Under the pieces are notes generated by a model, which saw nothing but the letters and a program-made list of their open reading frames with translations, searched no databases and was not told the origin of the DNA. Position numbers and translations under genes: made by a program. A DNA stretch of 64,000 nt from Candidatus Freyarchaeum deiterrae (GTDB lineage: Archaea; Asgardarchaeota; Jordiarchaeia; Jordiarchaeales; Jordiarchaeaceae): assembly GCA_037305845.1 (NCBI GenBank), contig CP147778.1, positions 992,001-1,056,000 on the forward strand, read 5' to 3'. Below, piece after piece: positions 40,584-49,929 of the stretch (the first letter of the stretch is position 1; every line of letters starts with the position of its first letter).

Positions 40584-41033
40584 TTGACAGTCAAGGATGT
40601 TGATAGAAAAATATTAAAACTCCTTCAGGAGGACTCCCGAAGACCATTCAGGAAGATTGCCACAGACCTAAACATTTCCGAACCTACACTATACAGCCGA
40701 GTTAAAAAACTTCAGGAAGACATGGTTATCGAAAGTTTTACAACCATAATTAATCCCGATGCTGTTGGTTTCCCATACTTAGCTTTTATTATGTTAACAG
40801 TGGAACCATCAAAGGAAGAAGAAATCATTAATAAATTATCGGCTTTTCCAGAAATTCTGGAATTGCACCTCATATTCGGCGAAAAAAATATTCTCCTGAA
40901 AATTCGGTGTCAGGATATTACCTCTGTAAGGAATTTTATCACAAATAAACTAAGAGCAATAAGTGGAATATCGAAAGTCGAAAGTTACCTTTCAATAAAG
41001 ACCAAAAAAGAAACCCACATGATACCCATTTAG
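40584..41033 (+). CDS. Lrp/AsnC transcriptional regulator
   Basis: DRKILKLLQEDSRRPFRKIA..LNISEPT...RVKKL. Confidence 0.92.
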   Translation: MTVKDVDRKILKLLQEDSRRPFRKIATDLNISEPTLYSRVKKLQEDMVIESFTTIINPDAVGFPYLAFIMLTVEPSKEEEIINKLSAFPEILELHLIFGEKNILLKIRCQDITSVRNFITNKLRAISGISKVESYLSIKTKKETHMIPI

Positions 41034-41306
41034 TACCTTCTTCTCAATACTTCTATATTTATTCTGAAAAAAAAATGTGGAAAATAGTAATTTTTCTCAA
41101 AATAGGTTTTTAAATCGTATTATTACTCTAGAATCATCTAATGTTAATTAGGATAAGGTTGAAGAGCATCCTTAAAAATTTTTAAAAATCCGGGAATTTT
41201 TCCAAAAAACGAATTTATAATAAATTGTATAAATATCCTAAAAGAGTATAACAGCAGAAAATTAGAAATATAACTCTTGTAAATTAGATTTGCGGGAGTT
41301 GGTTTT

Positions 41307-42266
41307 GTGGTTGCTGATGAAGTTATTCGGATTTCGAGAGACATAAAAGATATGCGAATAAGAGGAGCAGGAGAAATTGCTAGGGCAGCTGTAGAAACTC
41401 TGGGAATAACCGTTAAGAATTCAAAAGCGAATAATGTTCAAGAACTCTTGGAAGAATTGAGAAAGACTGCTCAGTTAGTTATTAACACTCGTCCAACTGC
41501 AGTTTCTCTTCCTAATGGGATTCGATATGTTTCTAAAAAAGTGAATGATGAGCTAAAGCGAAACCCTACTTTAGAAGAATTAAAAGAAATCGTGGAAAAG
41601 GTGGTAAAAGATTTCATAGTGAACTCGCAAAGAGCTGTTACACGTATTGGTGAAATAGGATCAAAAAGAATAAGGAAAGGAGATGTGTTAATAACTCATT
41701 GTAATAGCTCTGCGGCCTTAGCAGTTATTTTGAATGCTGCCAAACAAAATAAGGATATTAAGGTTTTTGCAACAGAGACCAGGCCTAAATTTCAGGGTCA
41801 CATTACAACCCAAATTCTAAGAGATGCTGGAATAGACGTAACTCTCATAATAGATGATGCGGTTCGACTCTACATGAATAAGATAGATACCGCAATTGTG
41901 GGTGCCGACGCCATTTCTTCAAACGGGGCCTTGGTAAATAAGATTGGTACGTCCACCCTCGCTTTAGTGGCTAAGGAATCTAGAACACTGTTTTTTGTTG
42001 CCGCCGAAACTTACAAATTTAGTTCTGAAACTATGATAGGTGAGCTTATTGAGATAGAGGAGAGGGATATAGAAGAGGTGATTGACAGAGAAGAGTTGGA
42101 AAAAATTGGAAATCCCAGAGTTTTAAATCCTGCATTCGACGTTACTCCGCCACAGTACATAGACCTTATTATTACTGAGAGAGGAATAATTCCACCTCAG
42201 GCTGCGTTTACTATACTTCAGGAGGAATTCGGCTGGCTAGGTGGAGAAAAGGAACATCTTTTTTAG
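41307..42266 (+). CDS. Ribose-1,5-bisphosphate isomerase (eIF2B-like family)
   Basis: IRGAGEIA, TRPTAVSLPN, THCNS, ETRP, VGAD, NKIGT, NPAFDVTP. Confidence 0.9.
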   Translation: MVADEVIRISRDIKDMRIRGAGEIARAAVETLGITVKNSKANNVQELLEELRKTAQLVINTRPTAVSLPNGIRYVSKKVNDELKRNPTLEELKEIVEKVVKDFIVNSQRAVTRIGEIGSKRIRKGDVLITHCNSSAALAVILNAAKQNKDIKVFATETRPKFQGHITTQILRDAGIDVTLIIDDAVRLYMNKIDTAIVGADAISSNGALVNKIGTSTLALVAKESRTLFFVAAETYKFSSETMIGELIEIEERDIEEVIDREELEKIGNPRVLNPAFDVTPPQYIDLIITERGIIPPQAAFTILQEEFGWLGGEKEHLF

Positions 42267-42475
42267 AAGGTATATTCAAAATCATAAATTTAATTGATCT
42301 TAAAGAGCTTGTTGAAGCATTTGCACTACAGAAAGCAAAAATTTTTAAATGACTATTAAGATTTGTCTATGAATCCCTTAATCAAGAATTAGGTTAAGAA
42401 AAATGTTTTAATCTAGTTGTAATTAATCTTTAAAGCTGCTGGATATAAACTACAAACTCAAAAGAAGGTACCGCA

Positions 42476-43258
42476 ATGACAAAAACGAAAGTTTGGGATT
42501 ACCTGATGAATATCATTAATAATGATTTAGCTGTCCATCTAACATTGATAGACCCTGATCCGATAAAGCAAACAGCTCAGGAGGCGGGTATTATTGCTAA
42601 GTATGCTGCTAAGGCTGGAACAGACGCATTTATGGTAGGAGGGTCAACCGCTTTCGGGATTTTGGATGATACAATTAAAGAAATAAAAGAACAAACAGAG
42701 TTACCTGTAATACTTTTTCCAGGATCTGTTGCTGGAATTTCTAAACACGCAGACGCTATTTTTTTTATGAGCGTTTTGAACTCAAGAAGCCCGTACTATA
42801 TTATTAGAGCTCAATTAATTGGGGCTAGGGCTGTTAGAGAGTTTGACATTGAGCCGATAGGTATGGCGTATTTAATTTTAGAGCCTGGCGGCACCGCTGG
42901 TTATATGAGTGAAGCACAGCTCATCCCGCGCAATAAAACTCATATAGCAGCCGCATATGCTTTGGCAGCCAATTACATTGGTTTTAAGTTGGTTTACTTG
43001 GAGGCGGGGTCAGGGGCAGAACACGAAGCACCATTGGAAATGATTAAAACCGTTTCCTCCCTTATTGATATACCCCTGATAGTAGGTGGCGGTATCGAGA
43101 ATGCTGAGCAGGCGATCGCTTTTGTGAATGCTGGTGCTGATATGTTGGTTCAAGGAACATTTGTGGAAAAAACTGTTTTAAAGGATAAGGGAGCAGGACT
43201 AGCGAAAATAATCTCAGCGATAAAGAAAGAAACAAGAGCTAAAAGTTTAAATAAGTAG
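42476..43258 (+). CDS. Geranylgeranylglyceryl phosphate synthase
   Basis: HLTLIDPD, MVGGST, ILFPG, YLEAGSGA, VGGGI. Confidence 0.92.
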   Translation: MTKTKVWDYLMNIINNDLAVHLTLIDPDPIKQTAQEAGIIAKYAAKAGTDAFMVGGSTAFGILDDTIKEIKEQTELPVILFPGSVAGISKHADAIFFMSVLNSRSPYYIIRAQLIGARAVREFDIEPIGMAYLILEPGGTAGYMSEAQLIPRNKTHIAAAYALAANYIGFKLVYLEAGSGAEHEAPLEMIKTVSSLIDIPLIVGGGIENAEQAIAFVNAGADMLVQGTFVEKTVLKDKGAGLAKIISAIKKETRAKSLNK

Positions 43259-43328
43259 CAAAAAGCAGAAGTAGGGAACATAGAACCTCATCCTTCTGCG
43301 TCAAGTAGGTCAATGATTCAATTATTTT

Positions 43329-44111
43329 TTAACTTATGTATTCCGGTTTCTTCTCCTCTTTATGCGTTGTTCCCTTTTCTTTCACTTTTCCAGCGGTCTC
43401 CCATTGAAGTTTTGCTTCACGTTCCAGTGTAGATAAATCGATGTTTAAACCGAGCTTAGAGCTTAAAGCTTTCGCAAGAGCATATGATGCAGAAAAATCA
43501 TGATTAAGCATTTTACTAGACTCTGAGAGTAGAACCACGCCATCTATATCATACAAGCTTTTACACATAACTGGAATTATGCCATTCATCCCAACCACAG
43601 TTCCTTCATTGAGAATATTAACGTTCTCCATTTGGCTAAATGATTCTACTAATTCTTTTGAAGTAGCCGTGACAAAGACTTTAGGGTTTCTTTTTGGAGA
43701 AGTCAAGGGCTTAGCTGCTAGAGAGATAACCATTGTTACACCTAAATCCTTCAGAATGTTTGCTATGTATTTCGATAGGACGTTCATACCGATGTTTGAG
43801 GTCGGTTGAGTATCCGAAGTTAGCAGTATTACATCTCTTTTTAGTGATTCGTCTCTGTAATGAAGCAATTCAATTTTAGATGATCCGAGACACCCATCGG
43901 GGTTTATCTTTACGTTTGACGGAAAATCTGAGAAATAAATTTCCATTATACTTTTTGCTTCGAATTGTTTTGCTATAAAGTCCACGGCGCCTTTTCCTGT
44001 ATTAGCTATGCCGGGCATTCCTTCAATGCATAAAGTATTGATTAGTTTGTTTGAATCAATTTGCCGTATTTTTTTCATGGATATGTTAAATTTGTCTTCG
44101 TGTATTGTCAA
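43329..44111 (-). CDS. PAC2 (proteasome assembly chaperone) family protein
   Basis: IEGMPGIANTGK.AVDFI, DTQP, VGMNG. Confidence 0.8.
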   Translation of the reverse strand: MTIHEDKFNISMKKIRQIDSNKLINTLCIEGMPGIANTGKGAVDFIAKQFEAKSIMEIYFSDFPSNVKINPDGCLGSSKIELLHYRDESLKRDVILLTSDTQPTSNIGMNVLSKYIANILKDLGVTMVISLAAKPLTSPKRNPKVFVTATSKELVESFSQMENVNILNEGTVVGMNGIIPVMCKSLYDIDGVVLLSESSKMLNHDFSASYALAKALSSKLGLNIDLSTLEREAKLQWETAGKVKEKGTTHKEEKKPEYIS

Positions 44112-44212
44112 TTTAAATCATCTACTTTTCGGGGCAGAATTTTCTAATAATAAGATTAATTTGTATGTATGTTTTAGAAATTTTAATGTTTTCTATATTC
44201 GGAGATGAACTT

Positions 44213-44812
44213 ATGGTAAAAGGAAAACTCATTGTTTTAGAGGGAATCGATGGTGCTGGTACCACTACTCATTCTAGTAAATTGATGAATTGGATGAAAA
44301 GTAAGAATTATAAGGTCGCTGTAACCGCGGAACCCACAGATGGTACTATAGGTAAGATTATCCGGAATTACCTACGCTCTGGAGGCGGGTCTCCAACGGT
44401 TCATGCACTTCTTTTTGCTGCAGACAGAGCTGAGCACATAGAAAATGTTGTAAAACCCCTTATTAATGAAGGAGTAATTATTATTTCGGATCGTTATGTT
44501 GAATCATCAATAGTGTATCAAGCAGCGGAGGGAGTGGATGTAGAATGGATTCAAACCATTAATAGATTTGCAATTGAACCGGATTTAACAATTTTACTAG
44601 ATGTTGACCCAGAAGTATCTTTGGCCCGAAAAAAAGAAGTCAGAGATGCATTTGAAAATGTTAAATTTCTAAGAGAAGTGCGTCGAATTTATTTAGAAAG
44701 AGCACGAGCGAAAGAATACCCAATCATAGACACAAATAGGCCTACGGAAACTGTTCACCGAGATATTGTAAGATGTGTGGAACACTTTCTACTCAAAGCG
44801 CAGAATTTATAG
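44213..44812 (+). CDS. tmk: Thymidylate kinase
   Basis: LEGIDGAGTTT, AEPT, LLFAADRAEH, SDRYVESS.VYQ. Confidence 0.92.
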   Translation: MVKGKLIVLEGIDGAGTTTHSSKLMNWMKSKNYKVAVTAEPTDGTIGKIIRNYLRSGGGSPTVHALLFAADRAEHIENVVKPLINEGVIIISDRYVESSIVYQAAEGVDVEWIQTINRFAIEPDLTILLDVDPEVSLARKKEVRDAFENVKFLREVRRIYLERARAKEYPIIDTNRPTETVHRDIVRCVEHFLLKAQNL

Positions 44813-44835
44813 ATTCTAAAACAAGTGAATATAAT

Positions 44836-44896
44836 AGGCGATGAAGATGAGTCCATCTGACTTGCGGATGAAGAACGATTCGGGCGGTCTGAGCCT
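44836..44896 (+). ncRNA. Box C/D 2'-O-methylation guide sRNA; D guide predicted to target the SSU rRNA C1402 equivalent
   Basis: AGGC/GCCU terminal stem; C (GCGAUGA), D' (CUGA), C' (GGAUGA) and D (CUGA) boxes; D guide CGGGCGGU is complementary to the conserved ACCGCCCG. Confidence 0.85.
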
Positions 44897-44988
44897 CCAA
44901 ATCCATATTCAAATTTTTTATTGAAAAATGATTCAAAAAGAAAACTTCTTGACAAAATAAGGCTTGATTAGTTTTGTGATGTGGATAT

Positions 44989-45363
44989 TTATTCTTCGGA
45001 TAGTAATTCCCCTATTTTATTTGAAGTCTTTTTAAGAACCATGAGAATTAATCCCAAGTTAGCGTCAGTTTTAGCAAGAACCGTGATAATAGCGCTCAAG
45101 CCCGCCCCCTTAATAATAATGTACCCATCATCCCCCTGCAGCAATATTTGTTGCAGGTTCCCACGAACCAGCTCGTGCGCAGCGCGTTCACCAACACTAA
45201 GCATGGCAGCCGTCATAGCCGCAACAACACTCTCATCAACCTCCGCTGGCATAGCAGACGCTATCGGAAGTCCTTGAACGCTGACAACTGCGCTGGCTTC
45301 TATTCCAGGCGTATTTGCCTCCATGTCCCTGATTAGACTCATTATTTCCTCAATTTTCGACAA
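44989..45363 (-). CDS. Roadblock/LC7 (MglB-like) protein
   Basis: GIEASAVVSVQGLPIAS, VAAMTAAMLSVGERAAHEL, NLGLI. Confidence 0.9.
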   Translation of the reverse strand: MSKIEEIMSLIRDMEANTPGIEASAVVSVQGLPIASAMPAEVDESVVAAMTAAMLSVGERAAHELVRGNLQQILLQGDDGYIIIKGAGLSAIITVLAKTDANLGLILMVLKKTSNKIGELLSEE

Positions 45364-45639
45364 TCTTAATCACTACAGATTTAGTTGTTCAGTGATATTT
45401 TTGTTCCCAATTTAGCTATAAATTTAACCTATATTATCCTTTTTTCGCTTCCCGAGATTTATTCATACTTAAACACGCGTTTAGAACGTAGCAAGTAATT
45501 ATTCAGTTAATATTCTAATTAATTTTTTGCTCATTAATTTTTTGTTTCAATACGTATTTAAGCCGTAGGAAATAAGTTAGGGGAATAGTTTAATAATTTC
45601 TGCTCTAAATTTATAGACCTAACAGTAGGAGGAACCATC

Positions 45640-46599
45640 TTGAGCGATGAAAAAATCAAAGAAACTGTTTCAAAAAAACAAGGGGAAACAGCAGCAGAAG
45701 AAGAAAAAAAAGATAAATTTGAAAAGTATAGAAAAGCTGGAAAAGCTGGAAAAGAAGTCAGAGAAATTGCAAGAAAAATAGTGCAACCAGGAACTCCAAT
45801 AATAGATATCTGTGAAAGGATTGAGAGTGAACTTCTCAATAAAGAGGTAGGGTTGTCATTTCCTTGTAATATTTCAGTCAATAACGTTGCTGCCCATTAC
45901 ACATCTCCACCTGATGATAAGTCAATTATAAACGAGAATGATGTAGTAAAGATTGACTTCGGAACGCATGTTGACGGGTATATTGCTGACACCGCCTTTA
46001 CAGTAAGTTTCAAACCAGAGCATGAAAAACTTATTGAAGCCTCTGAAAAGGCTCTTGAAGCTGCTATAGAAATGGTTAAACCCGGAGCAGAAGCAAGGTT
46101 AATAGGAGAAAAAATTGAAGAAACGATTAAAGGATACGGCTTCAGACCGATAAAGGACCTTTCAGGTCATTTGGTTGACCAGTATATTATTCATAGCTCA
46201 AAGATAATTCCAAATATTTCAACTCCCCACGGTACAAAAATAGAGGAAGGAGAGGTATACGCCCTTGAAACCTTTGCAACTACAGGTTCGGGAAGCGTGA
46301 CGGAAGCGCCTTATGCTTACATCTACGGTTTGTTGCCGCTTAGAATACCTTTAAGATTTAAGGGTTCACGTCAGGTTTTAGGTTTGGTTCAAAAAGAGTT
46401 CAAGACGCTGCCATTCGCAGAAAGGTGGTTAGCTAAAAAGGTTTCTAAGGCAGGACTTAAACTTGCCATTAAAGAGCTTACAGAGAAGGGATTATTCCGC
46501 GCCTACAATGTATTGTCTGACAAGAAAGGTAGCCTTGTATCACAAGCGGAACATACTCTAATTGTTCTTGAAAGCGGGTGCGAAGTAATCACGCGATAA
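45640..46599 (+). CDS. map: Type II methionine aminopeptidase
   Basis: FPCNIS.NNVAAHYT, KIDFGTHVDGYIADTA, LSGH, ALETFAT, QAEHT. Confidence 0.95.
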   Translation: MSDEKIKETVSKKQGETAAEEEKKDKFEKYRKAGKAGKEVREIARKIVQPGTPIIDICERIESELLNKEVGLSFPCNISVNNVAAHYTSPPDDKSIINENDVVKIDFGTHVDGYIADTAFTVSFKPEHEKLIEASEKALEAAIEMVKPGAEARLIGEKIEETIKGYGFRPIKDLSGHLVDQYIIHSSKIIPNISTPHGTKIEEGEVYALETFATTGSGSVTEAPYAYIYGLLPLRIPLRFKGSRQVLGLVQKEFKTLPFAERWLAKKVSKAGLKLAIKELTEKGLFRAYNVLSDKKGSLVSQAEHTLIVLESGCEVITR

Positions 46600-46685
46600 T
46601 TGAGGGGTAATCTAAAAGAGATATAATTTGTTATGAATTAAAGTTGGCTGTCCAAATTTTAAAAAAGTAGCTGAGGAAAATATTA

Positions 46686-48014
46686 TTGACGAGTATTGAA
46701 TTGTCTTTTCTTGGTGGAGCAAGAGAAGTCGGCCGGTCATGTATTTCTATTAAAAAAGGTGACCAGTGTATTTTGCTCGACGCAGGAATTAGTTTGGGTA
46801 AGACGGGAGGAGATGAGTATCCATTGGATCCATCGGATCCTCCTAGCGTTGTTTTTATTACTCATGCACATCTAGATCACTCGGGATATCTTCCAGCAAT
46901 AATCTCGAAGTATGGATGCAGAGAAGTTTCTACACTTCCAACACAAGATTTGGGTGAACTATTACAGATAGATTTTTTAAAACTGCAGAAAGATTTTAAT
47001 TTGGAAGCACCATACACCTCCGAGGATGTTATGGCTGTAAGAAGCCATGCACTTGAAATAAACTATAGCGTAGAAATGGACATGGGAAAAGGGATTAAAG
47101 CCATGCTTCTTCCCTCGGGTCATATATTAGGCGCAGCAATGGTTCGTTTATGTGTGAATGATCAGGTTATTTTATATACTGGTGATTTATCTACTAGAAA
47201 CACTCGGACCCAAAGCATGGCAGAGACCTCGGTGGGTAAGGTTAACACATTAGTGATAGAATCAACCTACGCAGCTCATAATGACCGCCATCCTAGTTTT
47301 CAGAGAGTTGAGAGGGATTTCATAGATTCAATCAACAAGGCTCTGGATCGTGGTGGCAAAGTCTTGGTGTCTGTGTTTGCGGTGGGAAGAGCCCAAGAGG
47401 TAATGCTGTCTTTAGAAGCGTACATCCGGAGTGGTGTACTGGCTCAGGTTCCAATATACATTGATGGAATGATTAAGAGAGTTAATGAGGTTTACCGATT
47501 GTACTGGTCGTATCTTCGACCCACTGTTAGAAGGCAGATAAGGTATACTAGGCAAAGCCCTCTAGAATCCGATATCTTTGTTGAAGTATACCAAAGGAAA
47601 GGAGTTAATCTTGATGAACCTTGCATTATTATTAGCACTTCGGGAATGCTTGAGGGAGGACCGGTGATTGGGTATCTGAAGCAGATGGCGAATGACCCAA
47701 AGAATCTCATTTGCCTTACGGGCTATCAAGTTCCCGGCACGAGGGGACGGAAGCTTCAAGACGGGGCGAAAGAAATTAAGCTCCCCCCCGACGGGGAACC
47801 GATTGAGGTAAAATCGGAGGTTAAGACTTTTGAATTTAGTGCACATGCTGACCAGTCTGGACTTTTTAGATTTATATCGCGTATTAAGGGACTAGAAAGA
47901 ATTTACTGTGTTCATGGGGAAGAGTGGAAAACTATAGAGTACGCTGAGCGAATTGAGGAATTGAAAAAGGTGGATGCTTGTTCTCCCCTGAATGGGGAAA
48001 CCTTTTCTATTTGA
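46686..48014 (+). CDS. beta-CASP MBL ribonuclease (aCPSF-like, lacking KH domains)
   Basis: GGAREVGRS, THAHLDHSG, GHILGA, ESTY, FAVGRAQE, FSAHAD, VHGE. Confidence 0.88.
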   Translation: MTSIELSFLGGAREVGRSCISIKKGDQCILLDAGISLGKTGGDEYPLDPSDPPSVVFITHAHLDHSGYLPAIISKYGCREVSTLPTQDLGELLQIDFLKLQKDFNLEAPYTSEDVMAVRSHALEINYSVEMDMGKGIKAMLLPSGHILGAAMVRLCVNDQVILYTGDLSTRNTRTQSMAETSVGKVNTLVIESTYAAHNDRHPSFQRVERDFIDSINKALDRGGKVLVSVFAVGRAQEVMLSLEAYIRSGVLAQVPIYIDGMIKRVNEVYRLYWSYLRPTVRRQIRYTRQSPLESDIFVEVYQRKGVNLDEPCIIISTSGMLEGGPVIGYLKQMANDPKNLICLTGYQVPGTRGRKLQDGAKEIKLPPDGEPIEVKSEVKTFEFSAHADQSGLFRFISRIKGLERIYCVHGEEWKTIEYAERIEELKKVDACSPLNGETFSI

Positions 48015-48022
48015 TGGAAAAT

Positions 48023-49600
48023 TTATGCTAAATCCTCAAATTTTACAACGCCGGAAACCAGTTTAGAGATAATTTCGGTTAAACTGGCTCTATTAACGAC
48101 TGCTTGTTTTCGGGAATCTCTATCCCTAATTGTCACAGTGTTAGCGTTAGGTGTATCGTAATCTACGGTCACACAGAAGGGGATACCTATTTCGTCTGCC
48201 CTAGCGTACCTCTTACCTACGGATCCACGATCATCATATTCCGCGTCTATTCCGTTTTCCTTAAGATGCTCATAAATTTTAAACGAAATTTCTGTCAACG
48301 GTTCCTTAGTGACAAGTGGCACAACTAGTGCGGTTAAGGGCGCAAATTTTGGGGGAAACTGAAACCAGTTCCACCCTCTTCCATCATCCTCTCGGTAGCA
48401 GTGTTCTAAGATGCAGTAAATGGCTCTTTCTACTCCAAAAGAAGGTTCCACAACTTCGGGAATCACTTTTTCTCCATCAAAGTCTACCGATAGATCCTTA
48501 CCGCTTTTCTTCATATGATTAGATAGGTCGTAGCTTGTCCTGTAGGCGTTACCGACAATCTCCTTCCTTCCAATACTCAGCTCGATTTCAAGATCAAAGT
48601 TACCACCAGAGTAGAAAGGAGTTTCCTCAGGCATCATGTGTCGAAAACTAAATTTATCATAAGGAATTCCCAAGCTCTGATAAAACAGCGTCTCCTTCGC
48701 AAGATAATACGCCATATACGCGTTAGGAAGAATTCCTTTCTCAAGAAATTCCCCCACAGACATTTCAACAGGTTCAGTTTCACCCATTTTCTGCTGCTCT
48801 CTCGTTAAAATTCTAATTTTAACATCCCTAACTCTACCAAAACTGGGGTGAACACCAAGCTCCTTAGGATGTACGAACATCTCAATTTCCATCTGTGTAA
48901 ACTCGCGAACACGAATCAAACCCTGCCTGGGCGAAATCTCATTCCTGTAGGATCTACCAATCTGAGCTATACCAAAGGGAAGCTTAGCCCTCATGGATTG
49001 CTGAACCCGTTTAAAATCCAGGAAAATATCTTGAGCCGTTTCCGGTCTCAGAAAAGCGCTCTGCCCACCCGCCGGACCCACTTGGACTCCTAGCATAAGA
49101 TTAAAAACAGATACGTCAGATAAGCCATCTCCACAATCAGGACAAACTAAATTATTCTCCCTAATTATTTTGGTAAGTTCTTCAGGAGACATTCCCTCAA
49201 CGTACATTCCTAGATTATCCTCAATCAAGTGATCTGCACGCATCCACTTCTTACACTTCAAACAAGAAACCGTAGGATCAGTAAAAGAATCCAAATGACC
49301 AGAAGCCTTCAAAGCATCATAAGGAAGAATCGTAGCACCATCCAACTCGTACACTGGAGGATTAGTTTCCCTTAAAACAAAAAACTCTCGCCAGGCCTGG
49401 ATTAAATTATTCTTTAATTTAGAACCTAAAGGGCCTAGATCATATATACCAGCTATACCACCATAAATTTCAGCACTAAGAAATACGAACCCCCTATGAT
49501 TAGCCAGCGTCCAAACCTTATCAAACAAACTAATCTCTGCCTTTTTTTTCTTGCCTCCGCCACTACCTTTAGATTTATCCTTTCCTTCCATGATAACCAT
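48023..49600 (-). CDS. glyS: Glycine--tRNA ligase (alpha2 type)
   Basis: LRPETAQ, YRNEISPRQGLIRVREFTQME, VVEPSFGVER, GKRYARADEIG. Confidence 0.95.
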   Translation of the reverse strand: MVIMEGKDKSKGSGGGKKKKAEISLFDKVWTLANHRGFVFLSAEIYGGIAGIYDLGPLGSKLKNNLIQAWREFFVLRETNPPVYELDGATILPYDALKASGHLDSFTDPTVSCLKCKKWMRADHLIEDNLGMYVEGMSPEELTKIIRENNLVCPDCGDGLSDVSVFNLMLGVQVGPAGGQSAFLRPETAQDIFLDFKRVQQSMRAKLPFGIAQIGRSYRNEISPRQGLIRVREFTQMEIEMFVHPKELGVHPSFGRVRDVKIRILTREQQKMGETEPVEMSVGEFLEKGILPNAYMAYYLAKETLFYQSLGIPYDKFSFRHMMPEETPFYSGGNFDLEIELSIGRKEIVGNAYRTSYDLSNHMKKSGKDLSVDFDGEKVIPEVVEPSFGVERAIYCILEHCYREDDGRGWNWFQFPPKFAPLTALVVPLVTKEPLTEISFKIYEHLKENGIDAEYDDRGSVGKRYARADEIGIPFCVTVDYDTPNANTVTIRDRDSRKQAVVNRASLTEIISKLVSGVVKFEDLA

Positions 49601-49709
49601 CGCACCCAGTACTGTTTGCTTAAAGATTTTTGAAACCTAATGTAAAAATACCTAAAATAACTTTCCCCAAGTCTTTAAAAAGCGCAACTAAAAACATGAG
49701 TAAGAAGGT

Positions 49710-49853
49710 TTACATAGCCTTAACACGCTTAATGACAGGTGGCCGAGCCTTGTACAACACTCTATATCCACAACTGGGGCACTTCATTCCTCCAAGAAGG
49801 TCTAAGCCCTCAACAGTAACAGTTTTGCCACATTTCCCGCATATGTATACCAT
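49710..49853 (-). CDS. rpo12: DNA-directed RNA polymerase subunit Rpo12 (RpoP), 47 aa, below the ORF-track cutoff
   Basis: Hand translation MVYICGKCGKTVTVEGLDLLGGMKCPSCGYRVLYKARPPVIKRVKAM shows the zinc ribbon and CPxCGxRILxKxR signature. Confidence 0.92.
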   Translation of the reverse strand: MVYICGKCGKTVTVEGLDLLGGMKCPSCGYRVLYKARPPVIKRVKAM

Positions 49854-49929
49854 TTTTTATACCACTTCTTTTCAATGTTTTACATGTTGAGTATTGATTG
49901 GAATTTAATAAATATTTCTTGTTGCGGAT

